Of a stretch of 64,000 nt of DNA, positions 18,423 to 27,858 are shown piece by piece. Source of the stretch: Rhizomicrobium sp. GTDB lineage: Bacteria; Pseudomonadota; Alphaproteobacteria; Micropepsales; Micropepsaceae. Under the pieces are notes generated by a model. That model did not search any database. It had not been told where the DNA came from and saw only the letters and a list, made by a program, of their open reading frames with translations. Location: the NCBI GenBank assembly GCA_035551495.1, contig DASZMT010000056.1:37290-101289 (forward strand), given 5' to 3'. How positions within the stretch are numbered: the first letter of the stretch is position 1; each line of letters begins with the position of its first letter. A program made the position numbers and the translations under genes.

Positions 18423-18508
18423 AGGGCCAGCCTCATCGCCAAACCGTTTCGAACGCCGCCTTCGCGCGGCTTGACGGCGCTCGCACATGCGGGCGCGATG
18501 GAGACTTT

Positions 18509-19270
18509 ATGACCAAAGACGAATTGGATGTGTTGAACCGCAAGCTGCTCGGCTATCTGCGCGCGTCCGCCGAACGGCGTCCGCGCACACGGCGCACCAG
18601 GCCGTTCCTCGCGACCTTCGACGACGATCCGAACATCTATCTCAACTACGCCATGCCCGACGACGACGCCGATCCGTCGCCGGCCGATATCGCCGCGCTG
18701 ATCGCGCTGTTCGCGGAGCGGCAGCGCAAGCCGCGTTTCGAATACATCGCCGGCGCCGCGCCGAAGGTCGAGGCGGCGCTGCTTGCCGCGGGCTTCGCGA
18801 TCGAGGATCGCCCGCCGGTGATGCTGTGCACGCCGTCCATGCCGGTGACGATGCCGCAGACGCATGGCCTCGAGGTCTTCCTGCCCATCACGCAAGACGA
18901 CCTCGCCGCGACCGACCGCATGCAGGGCGAAGCCTATGGTTCGCCGCCGCGCGGGGTTGCCGGACTCCGGCGCACGCTGCGTGCACACGGCCTGGTCGCG
19001 GCGGCGCGCGACGTCGCGAGCGGCGCGATCGTCGCCGGTGGTGTCGCGACGCCGCCGATAGACGGCATCAGCGAGATCGCCGGCATCGGTACGGCGCCGG
19101 CCTTCCGCAGGCGCGGCGCGGCCGGCGCGATGACGGCGCTTCTGGCGCGCGAAGCGTTCGCGCGCGGTTGGGAGCTTCTGTGGCTCACGCCCGGCGGCCG
19201 CGAGGCCGAGCGCATCTACGCCCGCGCCGGCTTCGTCGCGGTGTCGGAGGCGCTGCACATGTCGTGCTGA
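18509..19270 (+). CDS. GNAT family N-acetyltransferase
   Basis: EIAGIGTAPAFRRRGAAG acetyl-CoA motif and AERIYARAGF. Confidence 0.88.
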   Translation: MTKDELDVLNRKLLGYLRASAERRPRTRRTRPFLATFDDDPNIYLNYAMPDDDADPSPADIAALIALFAERQRKPRFEYIAGAAPKVEAALLAAGFAIEDRPPVMLCTPSMPVTMPQTHGLEVFLPITQDDLAATDRMQGEAYGSPPRGVAGLRRTLRAHGLVAAARDVASGAIVAGGVATPPIDGISEIAGIGTAPAFRRRGAAGAMTALLAREAFARGWELLWLTPGGREAERIYARAGFVAVSEALHMSC

Positions 19271-19278
19271 TCGTTATC

Positions 19279-19305
19279 GGAGCGGCGGCCGCGTGCCGCC
19301 GCTCC
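19279..19305. terminator. GC-rich hairpin between convergent genes
   Basis: ggagcggcggc-cgcgt-gccgccgctcc; no U-tract. Confidence 0.45.
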
Positions 19306-19315
19306 GGTCGCGGCG

Positions 19316-19498
19316 TTATGCGTCCAGCGCCGCGATCCACGCCCGCTGCTCGTCCGTGTCCGGCACCGTGAGGCCGCGCGCTGCGCCGATGCCCTGCGCG
19401 TTCAGCACCGCGATCTCGTCATCGAGCCGGTCGCCGCCCAGCGGACGCGCCATCAGCGCCAGCCGTCGCCCTTCGATCCAGAAGATGCGCGAGACCAT
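19316..19498 (-). pseudogene. Internally deleted protein-tyrosine/dual-specificity phosphatase remnant
   Basis: N-terminal IFWI..RLALMARP.GGDRLDDEI fused directly to C-terminal AARGLTVPDTDEQRAWI; no HCxxGxxR core. Confidence 0.55.
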
Positions 19499-19512
19499 CG
19501 CGGCTCACCGTA

Positions 19513-19821
19513 TCACGCCGCCGCGCGGCGCGCCTTGCGTTCGGCGAGGAGGCTGCCGATGGCAAGCAGGACCAGCGGCGGGAGGACGATCCAGGGGCCG
19601 TCTTGCGCAACCAGACGGGACCAGAAGGCCGAATTCGCCAAGGCGCTGTGCGCGGCGACGCAGGCGGCATAGGCCTTGGGCGGCGCATCGGGATAGCCGC
19701 AGGCGATGGCGATGACGTTCGCGAGCATCATCTGCTCGCGCGACACGAACCACGCCAGCGCGAGCAGCAGCCACACCGCCGCCAGCACGATCCACAAAAT
19801 GCCGGGCCGCTTGAACATCAT
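19513..19821 (-). CDS. Hypothetical membrane protein
   Basis: Two hydrophobic segments, GC-rich codon usage, 4-nt overlap with the dnaJ-like gene. Confidence 0.65.
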   Translation of the reverse strand: MMFKRPGILWIVLAAVWLLLALAWFVSREQMMLANVIAIACGYPDAPPKAYAACVAAHSALANSAFWSRLVAQDGPWIVLPPLVLLAIGSLLAERKARRAAA

Positions 19822-20765
19822 TTCGTCTTGGCGCGGGGATCGTAGTCGGCGGCTTTCCAGCCTTCGACGAACGCCGCCAGCTCCGCGTCGCCGCCGTCGG
19901 GCAGGGTGACCACCAGGCGCACATAGAGATCGCCGGCCGCGCCGTTGGCCGGCGTCACGCCCTTGCCCTTCAGCCGCAGCGTCGTGCCGGTGTTCGAGTT
20001 GGCCGGCACGCTCAGCGCCACCGTGCCGCTCGGCGTCGTCACCGGCACCTTGCCGCCCAGCACGGCCTCTTTCAGCGAGACCGGAAGGTCCATGCGGATG
20101 TCGTTGCCCTCGCGCGTCATGCCGGGATGCGGCGCCACCTTGATGTCGATCAGGATGTCGCCCGGCGGCCCGCCATTACGCCCCGCGCCGCCGCGGCCCT
20201 TCACGCGGATCTGCTGGCCGTCCTTGATGCCGGCCGGGATCTTGACGTCGATCTGCTCGCCGTTCGGCATCATCACGCGGCGCGTGCCGCCCTTGATCGC
20301 CTCGTCGAAGCTGACCGTGGTCGCGACCGCGAAGTCCTCGCCCTTCGCCGGCTGCCGTGCCCCACGCCGCCCGCGTCCGCCGAACAAATCGGAGAACAGG
20401 TCCTCGGCCCGGAAGCCCTCTTGCGTCTCGCCGCCACGGGAGTTGTCCCAGGTGAAATGGAAATCGCCCGGACCGCCGCCTTGGCGGCCGCCGCCGAAAC
20501 CACCAGGGCCGCTGCCGTGCTGGCGTGGATCGAAGCCGCGCGGATTGCCGCTTGCGTCGATCTCGCCGGCATCGAACTTCGCGCGCTTCTCCTTGTCGCC
20601 CACGATTTCGTAGGCGGCCGAGATTTCCTGGAATTTCGCCTGTGCCTTGGTGTCGCCCGGATGGGTGTCGGGATGGTTCTTCTTGGCGAGCGAGCGGAAG
20701 GCCTTCTTGATCTCGGCCTCGCTCGCGCCTTTCGAAACACCCAGGACTTCGTACGGATCGCGCAT
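19818..20765 (-). CDS. DnaJ-class chaperone (CbpA-like; J domain, G/F region, DnaJ_C, no zinc finger)
   Basis: MRDPYEVLGV...HPD and GRGGAGRNGGPPGDI...EAVLGGKVPVTT. Confidence 0.92.
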   Translation of the reverse strand: MRDPYEVLGVSKGASEAEIKKAFRSLAKKNHPDTHPGDTKAQAKFQEISAAYEIVGDKEKRAKFDAGEIDASGNPRGFDPRQHGSGPGGFGGGRQGGGPGDFHFTWDNSRGGETQEGFRAEDLFSDLFGGRGRRGARQPAKGEDFAVATTVSFDEAIKGGTRRVMMPNGEQIDVKIPAGIKDGQQIRVKGRGGAGRNGGPPGDILIDIKVAPHPGMTREGNDIRMDLPVSLKEAVLGGKVPVTTPSGTVALSVPANSNTGTTLRLKGKGVTPANGAAGDLYVRLVVTLPDGGDAELAAFVEGWKAADYDPRAKTK

Positions 20766-20832
20766 GATCTCTCCCGCCGGGCGCCGGAATCGGCGGCCAG
20801 CCGTCCCCAATATAGTGCGCAAATCCTGAAGA

Positions 20833-21429
20833 TTAAGGGTCCGGATTGTCCGGCGTCGGCAGGGGCGGTGGCGTCGGAACCGCGGGCGGTCCGCCGAGTC
20901 TCGCCAGCCGTACCTTGGCGTCCGGAACCCCGGCCGCCGCCGCCTCGGCATAAAGCGTGCGGGCGAAGCCGAGGTTCTTCTCGACCGCGATGCCCTCTTC
21001 ATAGAACACGCCCAGCCGGTATTCGGCGATCGGATGGTGCGCCGCCGCCGCGCTGGTCAGCCAGGGCAGGGCGGCCTTCGGGTCGGGCGACCCCGCCTCG
21101 CCGTTGATCAGCATCTCGGCCAGGTCGTATTGCGCGGTGGCGAGGCCGGCATCGGCGGCGCGCTCCAGGATTTCCTCCGCCGCCTTCGAATCCTTCGCCG
21201 TGCCCTGGCCCTTGCGCAGCATCAGGCCTTCGTTGCGCATCGCCGCGACGTCTTCCTCGTCGATCGACTGGAAGATTTTGAACGCTTCCTCGTAGCGTCC
21301 GGCGTCGTACGCCGCGAGGCCCTGGTCGAAGATCGTCTTGAGCTCGTCGGTGTCGTGCACGACGGTGCAGCCGCCTGCGAACGCGACGCAAAGACCAATG
21401 GCGATGACGGCGGACAGACGTGAACGCAT
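20833..21429 (-). CDS. Sel1-like repeat (lipo)protein
   Basis: Lipobox-like AGGC; AQYDLAEM and [15 protein letters not shown] Sel1 repeats; Pro-rich tail. Confidence 0.85.
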   Translation of the reverse strand: MRSRLSAVIAIGLCVAFAGGCTVVHDTDELKTIFDQGLAAYDAGRYEEAFKIFQSIDEEDVAAMRNEGLMLRKGQGTAKDSKAAEEILERAADAGLATAQYDLAEMLINGEAGSPDPKAALPWLTSAAAAHHPIAEYRLGVFYEEGIAVEKNLGFARTLYAEAAAAGVPDAKVRLARLGGPPAVPTPPPLPTPDNPDP

Positions 21430-21487
21430 GGCTCCTCCCGGGCGTTTAAAGCTACCGTGGCCCGAAGCAGGATGCTATCTCCAAACT

Positions 21488-22123
21488 ATGAGCGATATCG
21501 GCGGACCGATCGACGACGGCGGCATTTCGGCGAAGGACGACCCCTTCGCGCTGTTCGACACCTGGATGGCGGAGGCGAAGGCCAAGGAGCCCAACAACCC
21601 CGACGCGATGTCGATCGCCTCGGTCGACGGTCAGGGCCGCCCGAATGTGCGCATGGTGCTTCTCAAGGAAGCGAAGAACGGCAGCTTCGTCTTCTATACG
21701 AACTATGAGAGCGCCAAGGGCGTCGAGCTGATCGGCCAGCCCTTCTCGGCGCTGTGCTTCCATTGGAAGAGCCTTGGGCGGCAGGTTCGCGTGCGCGGCG
21801 CGGTGGAGAAGACCAGCGCCGCCGAATCCGACGCCTATTTTGCGACCCGGCCGAAGGACAGCCAGATCGGCTGCTGGGCCTCCGATCAGTCGCGCCCGAT
21901 GGACGGCCGCTGGACCTTCGAAAAACAGATCGCCAAATACGCCGCGCAATATGCGCTGTCGAAGGTGCCGCGCCCGCCGAACTGGGGCGGCTTCCGCGTC
22001 ACGCCGTTCGAAATCGAGTTCTGGCGCGACCGCCCCTTCCGCCTGCACGACCGCCTGGTCTATCGCCGCGAGGGCGCTCTTGGGTCCTTTGGGCCCTGGC
22101 GCACGGAACGGCTCTTCCCCTGA
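21488..22123 (+). CDS. pdxH: Pyridoxamine 5'-phosphate oxidase
   Basis: [37 protein letters not shown] and [13 protein letters not shown]. Confidence 0.96.
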   Translation: MSDIGGPIDDGGISAKDDPFALFDTWMAEAKAKEPNNPDAMSIASVDGQGRPNVRMVLLKEAKNGSFVFYTNYESAKGVELIGQPFSALCFHWKSLGRQVRVRGAVEKTSAAESDAYFATRPKDSQIGCWASDQSRPMDGRWTFEKQIAKYAAQYALSKVPRPPNWGGFRVTPFEIEFWRDRPFRLHDRLVYRREGALGSFGPWRTERLFP

Positions 22124-22998
22124 TGGAGGAGCACGCCGCCTCCATGCGCCGCGCCGCCTGGGCGTCGCTCGGCGTGTCGCTGGTGCTGACGGCGCTCAAG
22201 CTCTTCGCCTATCTGGCGACCAATTCCGTGGCGATGCTGGCGTCCTTCGCGGATTCGGCGATGGACCTCTTCACCTCGACCCTCAACCTGGTGGCGATCC
22301 GCAGCGCATTGCAGCCCGCCGACCGCGAGCACCGCTTCGGCCACGGCAAGGCCGAGCCGCTCGCCGGCATGGCGCAGTTCGCCTTCATCGCCGGCTCGGC
22401 GGTGTTCCTGGTGATCCAGGGCCTCTCGCGCATCGCGGCGCCGGAGCCCATCGATCACATCCGCGCGGCGCTGATCGTGATGGCGATTTCGATCGCCGCC
22501 GCGGTCAGCCTTGTCCTCTATCAGCGGCGCGTGGTGCGCGAGACAGGCTCCACCGCGATCGCCGCCGACGCGGCGCACTATGTCGGTGACCTTGCCAGCA
22601 ATATCGGCGTGGTGATCGCGATTCTGCTCTATATCGCCTTCGGCTGGACGCTGGCCGATCCCGTCATCGCGCTGTTCGTCGCCGCCGTGCTGGTGTTCAA
22701 CGCCTTCGGCGTGTTCCGCGCCGCCTATGATCAGCTGATGGACCGCGAGTTGCCCGACGAAGACCGCGACCGCATCAAGGCGATCGTGCGCGGCCACAGA
22801 GACGTCTGGGCTTTACATGATTTGCGCACCCGCGCCTCGGGCCTGAACGCCTTCATCCAGCTTCACCTGGAGCTCGATCCGCAGATGAGCTTGACCCGGG
22901 CCCACGCGATCAGCGACGAGGTCGAGGCCGAGCTTTGCGCCGCCTTCCCGCACGCCGAGGTGATCATCCACCAGGACCCGGCGGGCCTGGAGCGTTAA
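22123..22998 (+). CDS. fieF: Cation diffusion facilitator (FieF-like)
   Basis: ASFADSAMD, DREHRFGHGKAE, ADAAHYVGD and IIHQDP. Confidence 0.9.
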   Translation: MEEHAASMRRAAWASLGVSLVLTALKLFAYLATNSVAMLASFADSAMDLFTSTLNLVAIRSALQPADREHRFGHGKAEPLAGMAQFAFIAGSAVFLVIQGLSRIAAPEPIDHIRAALIVMAISIAAAVSLVLYQRRVVRETGSTAIAADAAHYVGDLASNIGVVIAILLYIAFGWTLADPVIALFVAAVLVFNAFGVFRAAYDQLMDRELPDEDRDRIKAIVRGHRDVWALHDLRTRASGLNAFIQLHLELDPQMSLTRAHAISDEVEAELCAAFPHAEVIIHQDPAGLER

Positions 22999-23033
22999 TG
23001 GCGAGCGCCGCGCCGCCGTGCTAACCTTGCCGC

Positions 23034-23783
23034 ATGAGCACCGGCACGAACGAAGAGCGTAAAACCCTGATCCTGACCGGCGCCTCGCGCGGCATCGGCC
23101 ACGCGACCGTCAAGCGCTTCTCGAGCGCGGGTTGGCGCGTCATCACCTGCTCGCGCCACGCCTTCCCGGAGAACTGCCCCTGGGCGGCGGGGCCTGAGGA
23201 TCATATCCAGGTCGACCTCGCCGATCCCGACGACACCGAGCGCGCCATCGCCGAGATGCGCGCGCGGCTGGAGGGCGGCAAGCTGCACGCGCTGGTGAAC
23301 AATGCCGGCATTTCGCCGAAGGGCGACGGCGGCTCGCGGCTGGGCGTGATGAATTCGCGCAAGCACGTCTGGCGCCAGGTGTTCGAGGTGAACCTGTTCG
23401 CGACGCTCTGGCTGGCGCGCGGGCTTATCGATGAGCTCGCGGCGGCGCACGGCGCCATCGTCAACGTGACCTCGATCGCGGGCAGCCGCGTGCACCCCTT
23501 CGCCGGTGCGGCGTACTCGGTTTCCAAGGCGGCGCTGGCGGCCTTGACGCGCGAGATGGCCGCGGACTTCGGCCCGCTCGGCGTGCGCGTGAACGCCATC
23601 GCCCCGGGCGAGATCGACACCGCGATCCTCTCCCCCGGCACCGACAAGATCGTCGAGACGATCCCGCTGCGGCGCCTGGGATTGCCGGAGGAGGTCGCCA
23701 AGGCGATCTACTATCTGTGCACGGACCAATCGAGCTACGTCACCGGCGCCGAGCTGCACATCAACGGCGGGCAGCATGTGTGA
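23034..23783 (+). CDS. Short-chain dehydrogenase/reductase
   Basis: TGASRGIG, NNAG, YSVSK and VNAIAPG. Confidence 0.92.
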   Translation: MSTGTNEERKTLILTGASRGIGHATVKRFSSAGWRVITCSRHAFPENCPWAAGPEDHIQVDLADPDDTERAIAEMRARLEGGKLHALVNNAGISPKGDGGSRLGVMNSRKHVWRQVFEVNLFATLWLARGLIDELAAAHGAIVNVTSIAGSRVHPFAGAAYSVSKAALAALTREMAADFGPLGVRVNAIAPGEIDTAILSPGTDKIVETIPLRRLGLPEEVAKAIYYLCTDQSSYVTGAELHINGGQHV

Positions 23784-23794
23784 GCTTGCGCTTT

Positions 23795-23845
23795 AAACAC
23801 CCCTGTCATCCCGGCTCTCGCTCGGCCGGGATGACAGGGGTGTTT
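23795..23845. repeat. REP-type perfect 21-bp inverted repeat (GTCATCCCGG family); likely also a terminator
   Basis: aaacacccctgtcatcccggc-N9-gccgggatgacaggggtgttt. Confidence 0.85.
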
Positions 23846-23905
23846 TGGCTTCGATTTTCCGAACGACAGCTTGACCCGCCACACTCCCATGCCACTTTCC
23901 TCCCA

Positions 23906-24019
23906 ATGGACACCGTCTCGTGGGAGGACAATCCGAACGGCTTCTGGTGGGCGCTCGGCCTGTGCCTGGCCGTGGTCGCCGCCAGCTATATGCTTTTGCG
24001 CCGCTTCCGCATCCTCTAG
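23906..24019 (+). pseudogene. Small membrane ORF resembling a CorA/ZntB C-terminus (possible remnant)
   Basis: WEDNPNGFWWALGLCLAVVAASYMLLRRFRIL; no GMN motif or N-terminal domain. Confidence 0.35.
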
Positions 24020-24044
24020 CATCGCCCGGCAGGGGAGATTCCGC

Positions 24045-24557
24045 ATGCCAGCGAAAAAGGCGATGTTCGAGGGCGGCTGTCACTGCGGCGCGGTCCGCTA
24101 TGCGCTCGGCGCCGCGCCGATGTTCGTGCATTGCTGCCACTGCCTCGACTGCCAGAAGCAGACCGGCGGCGCCTTCGTCCTCAATGCGCTGATCGAGACC
24201 GCCGCCGTCAAGCTGAAGAAGGGCAAGCCCGTCGCCGTGGCGATGCCCACCGAGTCCGGCCGTCCGCACCACATCTTGCGCTGCGCCAAATGCCAGGTCG
24301 CGCTGTGGAGCCATTATGGCGGGCGCACGCCGGTGGCGTTCCTGCGCGTTTCGACGCTCGACAAGCCGCACGCGATCAAGCCCGACGTGCACATCTTCAC
24401 CCGCTCGAAAGTGCCGTGGGTGAACCTCGACGGTCCGCTCCCGAAGGGCACGGCGACGAAACGCCCCGCGCTGGTCGCGAAGGTGTACTACGATATGAAG
24501 AAGGAGTGGCCGGCGGCGTCTCGCGCGCGCCGCGAAGCCGCCATCGCTGGAGGATGA
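24045..24557 (+). CDS. GFA (CENP-V/glutathione-dependent formaldehyde-activating) family protein
   Basis: EGGCHCGAVRY, CHCLDCQKQTG, CAKC and PDVHIFTRSK. Confidence 0.92.
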   Translation: MPAKKAMFEGGCHCGAVRYALGAAPMFVHCCHCLDCQKQTGGAFVLNALIETAAVKLKKGKPVAVAMPTESGRPHHILRCAKCQVALWSHYGGRTPVAFLRVSTLDKPHAIKPDVHIFTRSKVPWVNLDGPLPKGTATKRPALVAKVYYDMKKEWPAASRARREAAIAGG

Positions 24558-24559
24558 TC

Positions 24560-25708
24560 ATGATGCGTTTTCGCGTTGCTGCTTTCGCCACCGCCCTGTG
24601 CCTCGCCGCGCCCGCCATCGCTGCGCCGCCGGCCTATCCGAGCGCCATCCACCACGTCTTCGTCATCGTGCTCGAGAACGAGGACTACAACACCATCTTC
24701 GGTCCCGACACGCCGTCGCCCTATCTCGGCCACGAGCTGCCGCAGCAGGGCGCGCTGTTCACCAACTACTACGCCACCGGCCATGCGAGCCTGGGCAACT
24801 ACACCGCGATGATCAGCGCCCAGCCCGAAGCGCCGATGCTGCAGGCCGATTGCGACAAGTACATCGACTTCGCGCCCGGCACGCTCGATGCGCACGGCGT
24901 CGCGACCGGCAATGGCTGCGTCTATCCGCCGAGCGTGAAGACCGTCGCCGATCAGCTGGAGCAGAAGGGCTTCACCTGGCACGGCTATATGGAGGACATG
25001 GGCAACGATGCGCTGCGCGAGGCCTCGACCTGTGCCCATCCGGTGCCCGGCGGCGACGGCGTGCTGCGCGCGACGCCGACCGACAGCTATGCCTATCGCC
25101 ACAACCCGTTCATCTATTTTCACTCGATCATCGACCGCCAGGCGGCCTGCGACGCCAACGACGTGCGTCTCGACAAACTGACTGACGATCTCGCCGATCC
25201 GTCGAAGACGCCGAACCTGTCGTTCATCGTGCCCAGCGTGTGCAATGACGGTCACGACATCCCGAAATGCGCCGACGGCACGCCAGGCGGCCTGCCCAAG
25301 GCCGATGCCTGGCTGAAGGTGTGGGTGCCGCGCATCCTGGCCTCGCCGGCGTTCAAGCAGGACGGCTTGCTGATCGTCACCTTCGACGAGGCGGCGCGCG
25401 ACGCAAGCGCGTGCTGCAACGAGCCCTCCGGCCCGAACGTCAAGCAGCAGGGCTTTTACGGTCCGGGCGGCGGGCGCATCGGCGCGGTGGTGCTGTCGCC
25501 CTTCATCGCGCCCGGCACGCTGGTCACCGATCCGGTGAACCATTACGGCCTGACCAGGAGCATCGAGGACATCTTCGGTCTGCCGCATCTCGCGCTGGCG
25601 GGCGATGCAAATCTCGGGACGCTGCGCCCCGCCTATTTGCGTGCCTTCAAGTCCGGCAAGAACGCGGCGAGCAGCCCGATCAGCGGCAGGAACGCGCACA
25701 AGCGGTAG
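24560..25708 (+). CDS. Exported phosphoesterase (acid phosphatase/phospholipase C family)
   Basis: Signal peptide; HVFVIVLENE, SLGNY, YRHNPF, CNDGHD and LIVTFDE. Confidence 0.88.
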   Translation: MMRFRVAAFATALCLAAPAIAAPPAYPSAIHHVFVIVLENEDYNTIFGPDTPSPYLGHELPQQGALFTNYYATGHASLGNYTAMISAQPEAPMLQADCDKYIDFAPGTLDAHGVATGNGCVYPPSVKTVADQLEQKGFTWHGYMEDMGNDALREASTCAHPVPGGDGVLRATPTDSYAYRHNPFIYFHSIIDRQAACDANDVRLDKLTDDLADPSKTPNLSFIVPSVCNDGHDIPKCADGTPGGLPKADAWLKVWVPRILASPAFKQDGLLIVTFDEAARDASACCNEPSGPNVKQQGFYGPGGGRIGAVVLSPFIAPGTLVTDPVNHYGLTRSIEDIFGLPHLALAGDANLGTLRPAYLRAFKSGKNAASSPISGRNAHKR

Positions 25709-26841
25709 ACGAAGTCGATGCTGGTGCGGTCCGCGATCACACCCAGCGCCGCGGCGCCCAGCCCGCCCATGCCGAACGAGAGGCCGAAGAACAGGCCGCT
25801 CACCGTCCCGACGCGCCCGGGCAACAACTCCTGGCCATAGACGACGATGGCCGGAAACGCGCTCGACAGGACGAGGCCCGCGCCCATGCTGAGCACACCG
25901 GTCCAGAACAGGTTCGCGAACGGCAGCGCCAGCGCGAAGGGCAGGGTGCCGAGGATCGAGAACCAGATGAGATATTTGCGCCCGAAGCGATCGCCCAGCG
26001 GCCCGCCGCAGATCGTCCCCACCGCCACCGCGACCTGGAACATGAAGAGGTGCAGCTGCGCCGACGGCACGCCGACATGGAATTTGTGGATCAGGTAGAA
26101 GGTGAAATAGCTGCCGATGCTCGCCATGTAGACGAACTTCGAGAAAATCAGCACCACCAGGATCGCCAGCGACCATTTCACCCGCGCCGGCGTCAGCGCC
26201 TCGGTGAGATGGATATGGCCGTGCGCCGCGGCGCGCGTCGTGCGGTTCTTCTGATACCACTGGCCGAGCCACCACAACACCGCGATGGCCACGAGTGCCG
26301 CGATGGCGAAGAACGCCACGCCGGTGCGCTGGCCCGGCCGAATGGCGAGCGCCGCAAGCAGCGGCCCGAGCGCGCCGCCGATCGATCCGCCGACCTGGAA
26401 CATCGACTGCGCCAGCCCGCGCCGCGGCCCCGCCGCGAGATAGGCGACGCGCGAGCTTTCCGGATGGAAGGTCGACGATCCGACGCCGACGAGCGCGGCG
26501 GCGGCGAGCAAAAGCGGATAGGTCGGCGCCAGCGCCAATCCGATCAATCCGAAGAACGTGAACACCATGCCGGCGGGCAGGGCATAGGGCACCGCGCGGC
26601 GGTCGGTGTAGGCGCCGACGAGCGGTTGCAGCAGCGACGCCGTCACCTGGAACACGAACGTGACGAGGCCGATATGCGCGAAGTCGAGATCGAAGGTCTG
26701 CTTGAGGTTGGGATAGATCGCCTGCAGCAGGGACTGCATCATGTCGTTCAGCGCATGGCAGAAGCCGACGGCGAACAGGATGACGAAGACGGTGGAATGC
26801 GCTTGGAGCGGGGCGGGCTTGGCGGCAGTCGTATCGGTCAT
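25633..26841 (-). CDS. MFS transporter, fosmidomycin-resistance Fsr-like
   Basis: HALNDMMQSLL, SSTFHPESSRVA, GGPLGDRFGRK and YGQELLPGRVG. Confidence 0.9.
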   Translation of the reverse strand: MTDTTAAKPAPLQAHSTVFVILFAVGFCHALNDMMQSLLQAIYPNLKQTFDLDFAHIGLVTFVFQVTASLLQPLVGAYTDRRAVPYALPAGMVFTFFGLIGLALAPTYPLLLAAAALVGVGSSTFHPESSRVAYLAAGPRRGLAQSMFQVGGSIGGALGPLLAALAIRPGQRTGVAFFAIAALVAIAVLWWLGQWYQKNRTTRAAAHGHIHLTEALTPARVKWSLAILVVLIFSKFVYMASIGSYFTFYLIHKFHVGVPSAQLHLFMFQVAVAVGTICGGPLGDRFGRKYLIWFSILGTLPFALALPFANLFWTGVLSMGAGLVLSSAFPAIVVYGQELLPGRVGTVSGLFFGLSFGMGGLGAAALGVIADRTSIDFVYRLCAFLPLIGLLAAFLPDLKARK

Positions 26842-26980
26842 GACGGCGCGAACTTGGCCTGCGCGCGCCGCCGTCGCAACCCTCGCACGCGCATACCACG
26901 TCCGCCGTGTGCCCGCGACGGCCCGGGCGGTCGTTTTCCTTGTTCAACCCGGGCGGGTGGCGTGCCATACTCGCGGTGCT

Positions 26981-27538
26981 ATGCAGACGAAACCTCCGGG
27001 GGAGTTTGAATACGCGACGGCGGCCGCCGCCATAGCATCGCTTCACCTCGAAGACATCAATCAGCAGCTTGCGGACTATTGGTTGTCCTTGTGGGACGGG
27101 AATGAACTTCCGGCGCGCTCGACATTCAACCCGGCCAAGGTCAAGTCGTTTCTCCCCAGTCTGCTCATGTTCGATGTGGTACTCGACAGGAGCGTGACTG
27201 TTCGCCTGGCCGGAACGGGCTTCGCCATCGTGCTCGGCTCCGAACTTACCGGCAAGGATTGGTTGGCGCTCGCACCCGACAGCCACCGGACGACGCGGCT
27301 TCACCTGTTTTCGACTGTCGCTCGCGGCGCGGTACTCATGGCCCACCGCCGCTTGCGCTTACTGACGGGACAGGACTTCATCAGCGAGGAAATCCTGTTG
27401 CCGTTTGCGGGCGACGGGCATGGCACCCATCAGGTGCTTGTGCACGTGAACTGGAAGTCGGGGCAGGCGCAGAAGATCGCTTCGGTGTCTCAGGTGCTCG
27501 GTGACCCGATCGATCACAAGATGGTCTCGTTGAGATAG
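26981..27538 (+). CDS. Stand-alone PAS (PAS_5/DUF1457-like) protein
   Basis: LADYWLSL...LPAR..FNP...LPSLLMFDV...VRLAGTG. Confidence 0.75.
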   Translation: MQTKPPGEFEYATAAAAIASLHLEDINQQLADYWLSLWDGNELPARSTFNPAKVKSFLPSLLMFDVVLDRSVTVRLAGTGFAIVLGSELTGKDWLALAPDSHRTTRLHLFSTVARGAVLMAHRRLRLLTGQDFISEEILLPFAGDGHGTHQVLVHVNWKSGQAQKIASVSQVLGDPIDHKMVSLR

Positions 27539-27586
27539 ACGCGCGCTTCGGCCCTCATGCCATCGCCGCGCGGGAAAGGGATCAAT

Positions 27587-27817
27587 TCACTTATCCCGCG
27601 CCTTCGCCTCGTCCTCCATCAACTCGGCGATCATGTCCTTGCCGTCGGGCGAGTGCAGCCAGGCTTCGGCGGCCTGCATCGTCTCGAACTGCTTGGGCGC
27701 GCGCAGCGGCTTGTTGCGGCCCTCGACGGGGATCAGCACCTCGAACGTGCCGGCAAAGCGCGCATCCTTGGTCTCGGCAGCGTAAGGCTGCGGCGTCTCG
27801 TATTTCTTCTTTTTCAT
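27587..27817 (-). CDS. Small hypothetical protein (76 aa)
   Basis: MKKKKYETPQPY...; typical codon bias; fills the gap between neighbours. Confidence 0.65.
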   Translation of the reverse strand: MKKKKYETPQPYAAETKDARFAGTFEVLIPVEGRNKPLRAPKQFETMQAAEAWLHSPDGKDMIAELMEDEAKARDK

Positions 27818-27858
27818 GGGCGCCTCGCGGATGTGGGGATATCGAGGCCGGGCTTCTA

